IMG/VR virus record: IMGVR_UViG_3300044957_000729
Source of the DNA: a virus
DNA length: 64,000 nucleotides
Reading direction: 5' to 3' (one strand)
A model generated the notes under the pieces. That model did not search any database and was not told the origin of the DNA. It was given only the letters and a program-made list of their open reading frames with translations. Below, piece by piece: positions 28,301-39,200 of the stretch. Both the position numbers and the translations under genes were made by a program. Position 1 is the stretch's first letter. Every line of letters begins with the position of its first letter.

Positions 28301-30471
28301 TTCCTATTCCTATTCCTAATCCAATAGACGGTAATCCATATATTAGGATTCCTTTACCTATGATTTGGACTATAGTTCCCCCGATACTTATACCTCTTCC
28401 TTTTAATTTGGGAATACTTGTAATTTTTATACCTTTCATCGGGGGATTTATGCCTACCCCTTTAGTTTATATCAAGGAGTTTATAACAGGTAGTTCACTT
28501 TTCTTAACCGGTATCAGAGGACCTAGATTTATACCAAGAAAATCTGATCCTAAAATAAAAGATCCATTAGAGAAAATAAAACAAGTATTATCTTTTGGAA
28601 TACCCGATAAATTGATTCCTTTACCAGGCTTCGGGCTAGATAATTTAGATTCAACCGCTAGAGTTTTGGGTGATATAAAATCTAATATTTCTAAAATATT
28701 TGATAGTGTTCCTCCTCCTGGTAACGTCCAAAAAATACGAGATCTACAAGAAAAAGAAAGAGCACTAAAAACAAGGCTAAGAGAAAAAGAGAGAGAATAT
28801 AAAAATAAATCTGCTCTTATAGATTTACCTCCACCTGACATTTCTGCAGAGACAGAAGAACTAAAAGCAATAGTAAGACAGAGGAAACATGCCCTAAAAT
28901 CGGTAATAAATGATTATCTAAACAGAAGTATCCCTGATCCTAAATCAATATATTTTCCTAAGGATAAAGACAAGCTAAAGATAGACATTCCTGGTATAAT
29001 AAAATCCCTTAGAATATTAAAGGAAATGAGAGCTAGTTTAGTCCCAGTTGATTGCCCTGATTACATAAACTTTAAGGACGAGATGAGAGAGGTGTTAAAG
29101 CTAATGAGAGTAGTTTGCCCTCCTAAGTACATAATACAAAATTTCGAAGTTGCTAATTCTAGTAAGATATTCATGAGGAAGGATAAGGATCCTAGAATTA
29201 TGTCCGATGAAGAGTTTAGTAATTTAGTAAAAGAAATAAGGGGGGCATCATTATTAATAACTAGTGTTATTCTTAGGGGTAATAAATTCTCAGTAATTAA
29301 AAAAGTTAGAGATGGTGCTTTTTCTGTAGTCGAAAGTGGAGAATTTGAAGGTGTATTTAAGTTCCCAGAAATTAAAATAACTAATTCTGCTCCTGGAGCT
29401 CTTAAATTTTTAAGAAAGAAAAATCCTATTATAGAGGCCATGAAGATAAGAATAATGGATGGCTTATCTAAGATAGATTACACTACAGAAGATTTTTCTA
29501 GATATGTTAGATATGAAGGTGAAGATCCCATTTTAATAATTAGAGTGAAAGATCTTAAAAAATTAGTTTCTAAAAAACTAGGACTGAGCAGGATAGGACC
29601 TTTTGATCCAGTTAGACCCTTAGACGAAGAAGAACCGCTTATATCAAGATTTCCTTATCCAAAAGGTCCCTTATCTTGTCTCGGTTCACTTAATGGCGGA
29701 TTTGGTAATGCTGTGGCTGCTTTTGAACTCCCAACAGTGTTTCCTCCAAAGCAAGATCAATTAACACAAATTTCTGGACTTGGCGGGACTATACAGATTA
29801 CTATTCCAGGATCTGAGATAAAATCTTTTCTTATTGAAGGCCTTACAAAAGCATTGGATGCTGGAGCATTAGAGAAACTATTACCAGAAATAAACGATGC
29901 TAATTCTCCTAAATTTTTAAATCTTGAACCTAGCGACATACAGAAGTTAAGTAAGAATCTAGTTACAAATCTGATAAATCCGGATTCCCCTGACGTTCCT
30001 CCTTTTTTAAATGTATTAAATGTTCCAGTTTTTCCACCTGCTAGACCAACAGATATGATTGAGCAGGCTTTAATAGGATTAGGTGCACCTCCTCCAGCTA
30101 GAATAGTTTATAGCTTATTTTGGGCTTATTTTAAAAGTCTTCCTAAAACTCCTTTATCTGATAAAATAGTTTTACCAGTTGTTACTGCTTCATCTGAGTT
30201 AATTTCTAAAATACCTTGGGCCCTTGCTGTACTTATTGGTAGGAATGTTCTAAACATAATAAATCCTATAGCAATGAGTGATGACCATCCAGTTTGGAGA
30301 AGAATGAGCCTTAAGAATACATACTATGTTATTTATATAGATGAATTTTTAAGAAGCGCAGCTGATGTATCTGGATTATTTAAATTTTTCTTTGGAGCTG
30401 CAGATCCAGTATATCCTGTGCCAGAACTCCCTGAAGAACTCAATAAAGCTTTTAACATAAAAAAATATTAA
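25369..30471 (+). CDS. large (1700 aa) virion-associated protein of unknown function
   Basis: long ORF directly after the spike gene; coiled-coil, Cys-cluster and Pro-rich hydrophobic segments. Confidence 0.55.
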   Translation: MAGSIESRIDDLLGKDFSEMTTEEILNIISGGSDFNIPYEDLQSKEGFEKELDKSQKEVNSIIESLNPQKPPIPIKDIEDLSCNYEGDDLYSRIILETLKREDIKVYNELLESDEYKGNLPVSERDLGVKIAGNRDLGFSKKIPSEGITKYLRSKNPEFLEKTNEKIFDNLDPLLLGKPSNSGSRKKRKMNVLGFEIPLQFIMNGTQIVHVKIGDGEINLDGALEKINSILKTQNSNTNPCDFKDVDENTSSERIDAFDANFYPDGDDPIIDDDCLPGIPEDPITGDPILTKSSFDETLEDFCDPPVYEFRREEVNDPEPPSVDVDAIDACVSSALDAGKKLEEDVKLLARWQMIERNLEEILYHYEAIYEYQKSLYDNWLSRVPKNEGGDPTDLQIGISILTYRDQISIYQKELIDQIQKYNDDKTIFLENNNIFTEELFLLDVYATELSDSDTEQLFNDQIDAGLSPVTYNDSTQSWPVTEAVLRFKENVEDIRSIMIEGNFISVIENKIQETQDLLDAAISTLAQRKNAPVSVEDVEKSFLPPNTATSDVYGQGNSALNINERVFKSPLQLSLTTESYAYDSYGYDFLEALKEFSVRYKTNFVKSRGELQFELSFITDYGFPLPYKKTKKPAKISFKGASSQPLSEVTEPDEEKIKIGNEHAENGGLLSDYSPEYLKSYQFLKINNIRNGFPDVAKFYDFIEKIIKKNDSKESIIEKIVEDRGILYGNLIEKSSFNWLFFTAEERGDNDARDPSKTRPASFSAEGEPTPVFTDFYSNFKTKWNAKYLENKNLYINPALQNLRTQAIRAGEGLAKTLPASDVIGIRILENYLDVKRKYEQIKEIMLISAQKIHEINETISPENVGKRFSDIKCAGANTPPAEDDRENCPPVCCGEPGSDFKTDNYLLSSPPSSDCPTMFQRCWWKQFCKDVTKVGILPYPNGLPPIEDPKYFLAQGPTIRLGFKYWPVGYLPPAFLPIPIPNPIDGNPYIRIPLPMIWTIVPPILIPLPFNLGILVIFIPFIGGFMPTPLVYIKEFITGSSLFLTGIRGPRFIPRKSDPKIKDPLEKIKQVLSFGIPDKLIPLPGFGLDNLDSTARVLGDIKSNISKIFDSVPPPGNVQKIRDLQEKERALKTRLREKEREYKNKSALIDLPPPDISAETEELKAIVRQRKHALKSVINDYLNRSIPDPKSIYFPKDKDKLKIDIPGIIKSLRILKEMRASLVPVDCPDYINFKDEMREVLKLMRVVCPPKYIIQNFEVANSSKIFMRKDKDPRIMSDEEFSNLVKEIRGASLLITSVILRGNKFSVIKKVRDGAFSVVESGEFEGVFKFPEIKITNSAPGALKFLRKKNPIIEAMKIRIMDGLSKIDYTTEDFSRYVRYEGEDPILIIRVKDLKKLVSKKLGLSRIGPFDPVRPLDEEEPLISRFPYPKGPLSCLGSLNGGFGNAVAAFELPTVFPPKQDQLTQISGLGGTIQITIPGSEIKSFLIEGLTKALDAGALEKLLPEINDANSPKFLNLEPSDIQKLSKNLVTNLINPDSPDVPPFLNVLNVPVFPPARPTDMIEQALIGLGAPPPARIVYSLFWAYFKSLPKTPLSDKIVLPVVTASSELISKIPWALAVLIGRNVLNIINPIAMSDDHPVWRRMSLKNTYYVIYIDEFLRSAADVSGLFKFFFGAADPVYPVPELPEELNKAFNIKKY

Positions 30472-30478
30472 CTTCTTG

Positions 30479-30507
30479 GAAATTTTAAGGCAATTTTACA
30501 CTACAAA
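30479..30507 (+). promoter_or_regulatory. putative promoter GAAATT-N17-TACAAA upstream of S1 gene
   Basis: recurrent motif with identical spacing. Confidence 0.55.
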
Positions 30508-30527
30508 CAACGATAAACCAAAATAAC

Positions 30528-31637
30528 ATGAAAAACAAAAATTTTAGTTCCTTCGATTATGACACACCTGAAAGAGAAAGATTAGAAGCTATGTATAACG
30601 GAACCTTTCCGGAGGAAAATAAAAAAATAACAGGAAAGGACATACAGAACAATTCTTCTGAGCAGATAACCATAACATCTGTTGATAACGAAAGGGGTGT
30701 TTCCTTAGGAGAAACCCCCTTTGGTCAGACTATTATAATCGACACCAAGAAGGAAAAAAAAAAGATGAGAAAGCTAGGATATCCCGTCATGGAAATAAAT
30801 CCTGGACAGTCTATAGATGTTGTAATACACAAAGATTCATCCGGAGCATTTAACGGATCTATTTCTGCTGGATACGAAAAAGCACTTAAAAGAGAATTGC
30901 ACAGATCGGTCAAAGAAGAAGATTGCGCATTTAAAGTTAGAGTTAAAAATGTTTGTAACGGTGGATTCATGGTTGATCTATCTGGAATAGAGTGTTTCCT
31001 TCCAGGAAGTCTAGCTGCAGCAAACAGAATTATGAATTTTGCTGGCTATATTGGTAAAGAACTCATGATAATGGTTGAGATATATGATCAAAAAAGAGAT
31101 ATCTTTGTTGTATCGTTTAAAAAATATCTTAGAAAAATTATAGATAAGGAGGTACAGAATCTTTCATTCTCCACTAAATATCAAGGAGTTGTTATCGGAC
31201 TATCCAACAATGGAGTATTTGTTGAATGGGGCGAGATCTACACTGGTATAATTCCAATTGATGATTCTAACAGGGAGCATCTAGAAAAATATCAATCTGG
31301 GGACAATATAGAATTCTATGTGATTGATATTAAAAATCCACAAAGAATAAACTTATCTGCCATACAGCCAAATGAAAGAATGAAGAATATCCAAGAAATA
31401 AAGGATACTTCCTCCGAAGTTTTAGGAGAAAATACCGATTTGAAAATATATAAAGGAGAGGTTACTAAAATTAAAACTTTCGGGGTTTTTGTAAAAATGG
31501 AAAACGGATTAATCGGCCTTATCGAAAAGGAGAAATTAGTAAGCTCTATTAAAGAATACGAGGTTGGGCAATCGGTGGATTTCTCGATCTTAAGTGTAGA
31601 TAGTTCTACTCTTAAAATACAATTAATTGAGAAATAA
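30528..31637 (+). CDS. rpsA: ribosomal protein S1-like multi-S1-domain protein
   Basis: GGFMVDLSGIECFLPGS (S1 domain 2 hallmark) plus further S1 repeats (G.V...GVFVE; GEVTKIKTFGVFV...GLI). Confidence 0.8.
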   Translation: MKNKNFSSFDYDTPERERLEAMYNGTFPEENKKITGKDIQNNSSEQITITSVDNERGVSLGETPFGQTIIIDTKKEKKKMRKLGYPVMEINPGQSIDVVIHKDSSGAFNGSISAGYEKALKRELHRSVKEEDCAFKVRVKNVCNGGFMVDLSGIECFLPGSLAAANRIMNFAGYIGKELMIMVEIYDQKRDIFVVSFKKYLRKIIDKEVQNLSFSTKYQGVVIGLSNNGVFVEWGEIYTGIIPIDDSNREHLEKYQSGDNIEFYVIDIKNPQRINLSAIQPNERMKNIQEIKDTSSEVLGENTDLKIYKGEVTKIKTFGVFVKMENGLIGLIEKEKLVSSIKEYEVGQSVDFSILSVDSSTLKIQLIEK

Positions 31638-31640
31638 AAG

Positions 31641-33083
31641 TTGGCTAATTTACTTACTAATGATTTTTTCTACTCTACTAAGCTAGGATTTGAATTTGAG
31701 TTTTACAGCAACTTAAATAGAAATGAGATAGCAAACCAATTAGGAAAGGTATTAGGAAAAAAAGTACTTCTCTTTAAAAAATACCATTCTAGCTTAAAAC
31801 CTACTAAGGACATTTTTAAGTTAGAACCGGATTACTCAGGAGGATCCAAGATGGTTGAATTCATCACGGGCCCTCTTCCTTATTTTGAGGCTATAGTAAT
31901 TCTGATTAAAACCTTAAAATGGATAGATGAGAATGGCTACACAGATAAGAAATGTGCTTTTCAATTTGGATTAAGCGTCGACGCATCCATATATCCGGAT
32001 GTGCCTCCGATGAATCAGCTTAATATTCTTAAGTATATTTTAGGATTCGATGAAAACTTTATATACAAAAGATTTCCGGAAAGATCTGGATCTTTGTATG
32101 CTAAATCAATTAAAAGAATAGTTCCTGTTAACAAATTTGTTGACCCTACTAATGTGTCTTTTATAGACAGGAATTTATTTGAGGTACCCTTGGAAAAAAA
32201 TATGGGTATCAATTTCTTAAAACTTCCAGAGGGATATTTTGAGGTTAGATACCTAGGTGGAAAAGACTACCAGAAAAGATACACAGCACTAAAAGAAGTA
32301 ATAGACTATATAATCACTTATACTGTAGACGTTTTAAGATTTAATACTGGATTCACAGAAAACGACTTAAAAGTGTTAAGAATGTTCTTAAATGAAATTT
32401 ATAAGAACTCATCAACCTTTATAGATCCGGACACGTTCCAGAAAAATTATCCACATATGAATATCATGGTAGATCTTCGATCTGACCCTCAAATATTAAG
32501 GTCCTTTTTTATTACAATAAGAGAGGTTCTTTATGATTTGATAGTGGAAAATAATATAAAGGAAGGACTTATAAATTATGATAGTTCATTAGGTAAATTT
32601 CAGCTTAAGGATATAAAAACAACTAGGGCGTATCTTCTTAAGGATTATGATATTCTTGAGGGTGAAATAGCTGGTAATATATTAAATTGTAGGATGTTTA
32701 CTTGCAAATTAAACGACTGTACAATAGAAGAATGTGATCTAATAACAAACAACGAAATAAATCGATCTAAGATAATGATTTCAGATCTTTATTTCACTAA
32801 TAAAGTGCATGATAGTTATATTGACAATAAAGATAAGGAAATAAATTGTGAGGTATTTGGGGGAATAATAAGATCCGGATTTATTGGAAAATTGGCTAGT
32901 ATATCACCAGAAACCGAAGTTGTTAATGACACAGAAGATGATAAGAAGTTGAAAGGAAGTTTGAAAAAGAAACAATTCCCTAATAGGAACGAAGGAGATA
33001 GCCCAGCACAGCCTGCTAGATTCTCTGATAATAATTCTAAGCCTTCTGGTATACCTGGAATAAATTCCAAATCAAATAATTAA
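31641..33083 (+). CDS. amidoligase-like (COOH-NH2 ligase) protein
   Basis: GFEFEF, EPD.SGG..EFITGP, TD..C, FEVRY.GG motifs. Confidence 0.65.
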   Translation: MANLLTNDFFYSTKLGFEFEFYSNLNRNEIANQLGKVLGKKVLLFKKYHSSLKPTKDIFKLEPDYSGGSKMVEFITGPLPYFEAIVILIKTLKWIDENGYTDKKCAFQFGLSVDASIYPDVPPMNQLNILKYILGFDENFIYKRFPERSGSLYAKSIKRIVPVNKFVDPTNVSFIDRNLFEVPLEKNMGINFLKLPEGYFEVRYLGGKDYQKRYTALKEVIDYIITYTVDVLRFNTGFTENDLKVLRMFLNEIYKNSSTFIDPDTFQKNYPHMNIMVDLRSDPQILRSFFITIREVLYDLIVENNIKEGLINYDSSLGKFQLKDIKTTRAYLLKDYDILEGEIAGNILNCRMFTCKLNDCTIEECDLITNNEINRSKIMISDLYFTNKVHDSYIDNKDKEINCEVFGGIIRSGFIGKLASISPETEVVNDTEDDKKLKGSLKKKQFPNRNEGDSPAQPARFSDNNSKPSGIPGINSKSNN

Positions 33084-33089
33084 ATAGCC

Positions 33090-33869
33090 ATGACCGAAGC
33101 AGATTTAATCCAGGAAATAAGAGATGACATCTCTCATTCCTGTGCCTTACCATATAACCTAAACGAGCAGGAGATAAAAAGAATTATAAAAAGGGCGAGA
33201 TCTTATTTTTATGATAACTATCAATATGCAGTAGAGGATAGAATATTTGTTTTGGGAAAAGAATTATTTTCTACCCAATCTTTTAGAGCTACTAGACAAA
33301 TACAAATGCCATCATGCGTTAGATCTATTTACGAGGTTAGGGAGGTAAACGGATCCGGTTTAATTGGTACACCCGATAAAGATTTTGGGGATTCTAAATT
33401 ATTAGGATCGGAACTTATGTTATCTCCGTTTGCAGGAGACAACTTGGTTTATAGAACAGTACTTTATTCTTTCTTTGATCTTGCTAAGGCATATTTGTTA
33501 GAAACATATGCTTTTAACTACAACAAGAACACAAAGAGGCTTACTATTCTTGGTAGAGATCCTAATAGAATATATCAAACAGATGGAGGAACTTCCACAA
33601 CGCAATTTACGGGTACTGATGTGGGCGTAAGAGCTTACATAGATATTTCAGAAGAAAGTCTATATGATGATGAGTTATTTGTTAGATACTGTCTTGCAGA
33701 AGCTAAGATTAACATTGGTAGATTGTTGGGAACATTTGAATATAATCTCCCAGGAGGGGTTAGAGTTAACTATAATAATATACAAACTCTAGGTACAACT
33801 GAAAAACAGGAAATTATCCAAATGATAAAAGACGAGAATACTCCTTCATACTTCTTGCAGTGGAATTAA
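33090..33869 (+). CDS. gp13: neck protein, T4 gp13-like
   Basis: RYC.A..K..IG..L..F...LPGGV..N C-terminal signature. Confidence 0.75.
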   Translation: MTEADLIQEIRDDISHSCALPYNLNEQEIKRIIKRARSYFYDNYQYAVEDRIFVLGKELFSTQSFRATRQIQMPSCVRSIYEVREVNGSGLIGTPDKDFGDSKLLGSELMLSPFAGDNLVYRTVLYSFFDLAKAYLLETYAFNYNKNTKRLTILGRDPNRIYQTDGGTSTTQFTGTDVGVRAYIDISEESLYDDELFVRYCLAEAKINIGRLLGTFEYNLPGGVRVNYNNIQTLGTTEKQEIIQMIKDENTPSYFLQWN

Positions 33870-33891
33870 TTTATTATGTTATTAATCCTTG

Positions 33892-33900
33892 GAATATATA
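33892..33900 (+). promoter_or_regulatory. putative late-type promoter (GAATATATA)
   Basis: 7 nt before gp25-like ATG. Confidence 0.45.
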
Positions 33901-33907
33901 GATCAAG

Positions 33908-34279
33908 ATGGCAAGATATTCCGAAATTTATCCAAGAAATCCTGACGACCCAAATTACAAAGAGGGGCTTTTACATACTGACGATGAGGTAGAGATTCTC
34001 ATAGGTATGATAAAAAACTGTATGTTAACTAGGCCTGGTGAAGTTCTTGGAGATCCTTATTTTGGGATAGACTTAGAAGGTCTTATTTTTGATCTAGAAG
34101 TGGATCAGAACACACTAACTAGAGCAGTAGATCTACACTTACTTACATACGTACCCTTAGCTTATTCCCTTTTTAATGTTGAATTTCAGGTGGGTTTTAT
34201 TAAAGGAGAAACTAGGGACGCTTGTGTTATAGATTTCGCAATAAAAGGAAATCCTATATTAGGAATTAAAATATTATAA
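33908..34279 (+). CDS. gp25: baseplate wedge subunit gp25/GPW-like
   Basis: LT..GE..GDP.FG.DL..LIF motif. Confidence 0.8.
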   Translation: MARYSEIYPRNPDDPNYKEGLLHTDDEVEILIGMIKNCMLTRPGEVLGDPYFGIDLEGLIFDLEVDQNTLTRAVDLHLLTYVPLAYSLFNVEFQVGFIKGETRDACVIDFAIKGNPILGIKIL

Positions 34280-34281
34280 AG

Positions 34282-35979
34282 ATGGATTTATTATCAAAAA
34301 ACAGAGCAAAGATATCGGATTTATTATCTCAAACATTTGAGCTAATTCAAGCAAGGTATGGAATGTCTAATCAGTTGTTCACAGTCGCTTCTGTGTGGGG
34401 ACAGATAATATTTGTATTAGACAACCTTTCCCAATTTGTCTTATTCTTTATAGAGGATTCGATAACGGAGTTAAATATAAACACGGCTACAAGGGAATCA
34501 TCAATATATGGACTGGCAACTTTAGCTGGACACAATCCCACCAGGAACATATCTGCTAAAGGAGAAGTTAGTATAAAATGGAATGGTAAAAATATAGAAG
34601 ATATAGGGGGGAGTGCAGTTCTTATACCTAGTAACGCTCAAATAAAATGTGTGAATAATGGTAAAATTTATCTACTTAAATTTCCACAAGAATATACAAG
34701 ATTAAACCTGGACAGCACTTCACAGTTATCCTGTTCAATAATGGAGGGCACGCTTGCAGTTAATCGATATACTGGAGGAGGAGGACTCCTTCAAAGTTTT
34801 AATATCTCATCTAGAGGTACTTCCGGTATAGAAAACTTTGAGGTTTATGTTAAAGTTAATGGGGTAGAATGGAAAAGATACGATTCCTTATATGATATAC
34901 CAAGAAACGGATTAGGGTACCTAGTAAAAAGTTCAATTATATCAGGTATTGATATTTTCTTTGGTAATAGAGATTTTGGATTACCCCCTGCTGCAGGAAC
35001 TGTGATAGAGGTTACTTATCTTGAATCTGCTGGAGCTAATGGTAATATAAATGTTGAAAATTCTTCTCAAGTTATATTTAATTTCGATTCAGAAGGTACT
35101 GATTTATTTGGAAACACTATTAGCCTATCTGAAGTTCTACAAGTTACATGTACTATTGCACCACAGATGGGGGCAAACCAAGAGTCTGTAGATTTAACAA
35201 GATTAATAGCTCCTAAGACATCTAGAAGTTTTGTTTTAGCCAACCCAACTAACTACATAACATTTTTTGAAAAATTTGGACAGTTTTCAATAATAGAGGC
35301 TTTCACAACATTTGATGACCAGTATATCGATGATGATAATGTCATATACTTAATACTGGTTCCAGATATCCAGCTAACACTAAAAAGTAACGAGACTTAT
35401 TTTGATATCCCTGTTTCTAGATTTAAATTAACACAGCCACAAAGAGATAGGATATACCAGCTTCTTGATGAAAGCGGACAAAAGATAGTTACCACCGAGG
35501 TTAAAATATTAGACCCCGTTATAAAAAGGTACGTCGTAAATATAGCATTAACAATGTTTGAAGGTAATGATCCTGACACATTAAAAACAACTATAACAAA
35601 CACCCTCAGCGACTATTTCCTTAATATCAGAAGGAGAGATAAAATACCTAAGTCCGATTTAATTGCCGCTGTTGAAGAAATAGAAGGAGTTGATTCGGTT
35701 TTTCTTTACTTTGTTGGCGAAGAAAACGAAGCTGCTAAGGCACAGAATCCTAATGCACCAGAGATAGGATTTGACGAATTTGGAGACATAATAATAGGCA
35801 AGGACGAAATAGTTGTTATATCTGGAGGATGGGACGACAGAAATGGTATATTCTACGATCTTGGAGCAGGTATGGAAACTCTCTCATCTATAAATATAGA
35901 CATAAGAGCGATTGTTCCTTATACATATAATTCAAGAGTAAATGGATTACTTAAGAGTTCTTTAAAAACAGGAAACTAA
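34282..35979 (+). CDS. gp6: baseplate wedge subunit gp6-like
   Basis: TA.RESSI..LA...G.NP, IFFG...FG..P..G..I.VTYL.S.G..GN, G...ES....R..AP. Confidence 0.8.
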   Translation: MDLLSKNRAKISDLLSQTFELIQARYGMSNQLFTVASVWGQIIFVLDNLSQFVLFFIEDSITELNINTATRESSIYGLATLAGHNPTRNISAKGEVSIKWNGKNIEDIGGSAVLIPSNAQIKCVNNGKIYLLKFPQEYTRLNLDSTSQLSCSIMEGTLAVNRYTGGGGLLQSFNISSRGTSGIENFEVYVKVNGVEWKRYDSLYDIPRNGLGYLVKSSIISGIDIFFGNRDFGLPPAAGTVIEVTYLESAGANGNINVENSSQVIFNFDSEGTDLFGNTISLSEVLQVTCTIAPQMGANQESVDLTRLIAPKTSRSFVLANPTNYITFFEKFGQFSIIEAFTTFDDQYIDDDNVIYLILVPDIQLTLKSNETYFDIPVSRFKLTQPQRDRIYQLLDESGQKIVTTEVKILDPVIKRYVVNIALTMFEGNDPDTLKTTITNTLSDYFLNIRRRDKIPKSDLIAAVEEIEGVDSVFLYFVGEENEAAKAQNPNAPEIGFDEFGDIIIGKDEIVVISGGWDDRNGIFYDLGAGMETLSSINIDIRAIVPYTYNSRVNGLLKSSLKTGN

Positions 35980-35981
35980 AA

Positions 35982-36227
35982 ATGGAAAAACAAAGCTGGT
36001 ACGAATTTATAAAAACACAAAACGACCAAAGGTCTAATGTTGGTTTTGATTATGAGGGTAAGATATTCGAAAATACTTTATCTAATCCTATATTACAGGG
36101 GGACGCAAATAGAATGGATATACTAGCTAGTATTGAAAGGACAGTTTACTACTGGTTTGAAACTGCTAAGTATATAAAGAACCATGTTAATTATACAGTT
36201 TCTAAAAATAATAAATACGTAAGATAG
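35982..36227 (+). CDS. small hypothetical baseplate-associated protein
   Basis: ORF tightly packed between gp6-like and gp7-like genes. Confidence 0.55.
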   Translation: MEKQSWYEFIKTQNDQRSNVGFDYEGKIFENTLSNPILQGDANRMDILASIERTVYYWFETAKYIKNHVNYTVSKNNKYVR

Positions 36228-36228
36228 G

Positions 36229-39200
36229 ATGACTCTTCAAAATCTTTTATTCTTCGATAAAAAAGGCGACCAATACATTTTTAAATGGAACAGTACCAAT
36301 TGGGAAGGATCAGTTCTTTTTCCTATAGTTTCCGAGAAACTGTTTGAGGTACAGCACATCTTTATAATAGAAAAATTTTTAGATCTTTCAGCAGAAATAA
36401 AATATGGATTTCCACACTCTCATGGGACTAGTCCGGGAACACCCGTATGGAGAACAAGATGGGAATCTAATTATGATGGAAAAACTGATGTATCTAATAT
36501 CATATACACTTATGAATTAGGAGTTGATGGTGAACTAGATGCACCAGTGCTAGTTAAGACAAATAGTGTAGAATTTTATCCTGAAGTAGTACCAGGGGAC
36601 ACGGTAGATTCCCCAAGTGGTATAGTTGTTACTAGCGATATTAATGAGTCATCGATGCAAATTAATATAGCTTTAAATTCGGATACGGAAGGAATATATG
36701 ATCGAACTTTTATTCTGGAAGATTATACTGATCCTAATAATCCAGTTACCATTTTAAAGTTGGGATTTCACGGTGAGGTTGAGGGAGAAGATAGTAGACT
36801 TGCAGTCCTGCTAAGAAACTTCGGCAGGGAGTTTAATCAATCGGATGCTTTAATAGTAAGAGAGGGGGACATCAAAGAGCAGTTTCCTGATTACGAAATA
36901 ATTAATAATAAAAGAAAGGAGTTACTATTAACGGGTGAAAGTATATTCCCTTATCTCGGATCATACAAATCTCTATTTAACGCTATAAAGTTTTTTGGAT
37001 ATTATGATTTAAGAATCAAGGAGTACTGGCTTAATATAAAGAAAGATGAAGCAGACACACTAACTCCTCTTCAACAAAACCAAAAAATATTAAATGAATT
37101 AAGTATCCCTAATATAGAGGGACAAAGTAGATTGGAACTTATAAGTAGTTTGATTAAGGATGAAAACGAGGGAAAATTTAAACAAATAGAAATATACGGT
37201 AAAAGAAAGGATGGAACTTTTGGATTAAAAAAACAATTTGAACAATTATTTCCGTCTAAATCTTTTAAGAAGACTTCACTATTTGGACTTTTTTACGATA
37301 TAAATAGAGTAGTAGAAGACCAGGATGAAGATCAGTACGGATATCCTATAGTAGAAGATGCGTTTGCTTTTAGTCCGGAGGAAGTACTTATAAAGCTATT
37401 TGGATTAAAAGAAAGATTGAAGAGAGATTATCTACCACTTAACGCTAGGATAATTGATATAACTGGAGAGGGCGTATACTTTAATATCTACAAAACTAGA
37501 GGATGGACAGATCAATTAGACATAAGTGAGATAAAGGGCGGTATAAAAGTAGACTTCAGTGTGTTCCCTCAAGATGGATACATTGAAGATCTTAGACCTT
37601 TTTATATTAAACCTAATCAATCAGGCCTTTTGTACCCAGCAGTAAACGGAACAGAGGAGGGTATAAGTTATTATGGAAATACGGTAGACCCGTATTCTAA
37701 TTTTCAAGAATATTCTCTATCTGCAATTCCTGCTTTAGAAAGTGCAGTACAATCTTTTTACGATGATGTAAAAAACGGAACAATGCCTAAATTTTTAGGG
37801 GATGGTGACTATGATTATCCGGGGTATAAGTTATTTTCAAATGGCTCAGAACATGTGTTTCCTGCTGGATGTCCTCTAATAATTAAAAATAATACTTTTG
37901 TTCTACCTTGGGACGATGTGAGTGGAAGTTGGAATTCTTTTGATACAACAATAACTAGCACATCTTTACAGATAGCTAGTTACACTAGCACTACTTCTAA
38001 TAATCCCGGTACTCCTTTACAGACTGTTAACAGTACTACCACTTTTACTTTACCAACAACTTTTCCTTCCAGCGTAACAATTAATATAGGAGCAGGAAAT
38101 GACTGGTTTGATACCGCGTCTCCACAAGTTTTGTTTGTTAGAGTGGAATCTGTAAGTTCTCCTGGTAATCTGGTACTTGGATATTGTAGTGCAGGAGATT
38201 ATAACACACTGACAGGGGACCTTTATATTCAAATGATGTACACTAGGGGTTCTGGTGAATATTCAAACTGGAAAGTTACTCCTACTAATGTGGGATTTAG
38301 CACATACACTTTTGATTATTATGAAAATTTTATACATTCAAATGGATTTTATTCTTGGAATAGAATACCTTATCTAGATTTCTATGAAATTGAGTGGACT
38401 ATATACAAAGACGGCGATTCAAGCCCATATTTTTTCCAGATAAGAGGGGGTCTTCCTGAATTAGAAACCATAGTTCATTTTGTACCTTATGTTGGGAATT
38501 ACAATGTTAAGTGCAGAGTTTGGGACACTTTAAATTCTATTTCTTTAGGAATAAAAAGATCTATACTGAAAGTGGATCGAAGATCAATAGAGCTAAACAC
38601 CATCACTAGATTTAGAGAATCTGAAATATACAACTGGGATAATTCTCCTTTAAAATGGGAAAGCTATCCCTCACAATGGATTTTTCCAGTAGAGAATACG
38701 AATAAGATCCTGGATATTTCAGATGTAATAGAAAACTATCCAGAATACTCTAATAATTTTAATGAGGGCCAACAGTGTGAAGTTCTAAGCAAAATCCCAG
38801 AAGTAAAAGCAACAATAGAATTCGAAATAGGAGTTTCCCTGATCGATATTAATAATATTCTTAGCACTTATAATGGATCTGGATATTCTTTAGCTATAGT
38901 AACAACAAATATTCCTCACGGATATTCCTCTGGCGACACTGTGTGGATATATGATTCTACTGGAGCACCTTATGGACAATATCCAATAACAGTAACTGGT
39001 ACTACTACATTTGAGATACCAGAGATAGTTATCACTGCTATAACTGGTGGATATGTTTATGGATCTGGTAATATTAAAATTACCTCCGACTCAATATTAA
39101 TAGCGGATTGTAATTTTCAGGGGGATCTTAATGCTACTACGAGTTTAATTTATAGTACGATAAATTCTTCTCCGCTGAATCCTAAATACAAGGTTATAAA

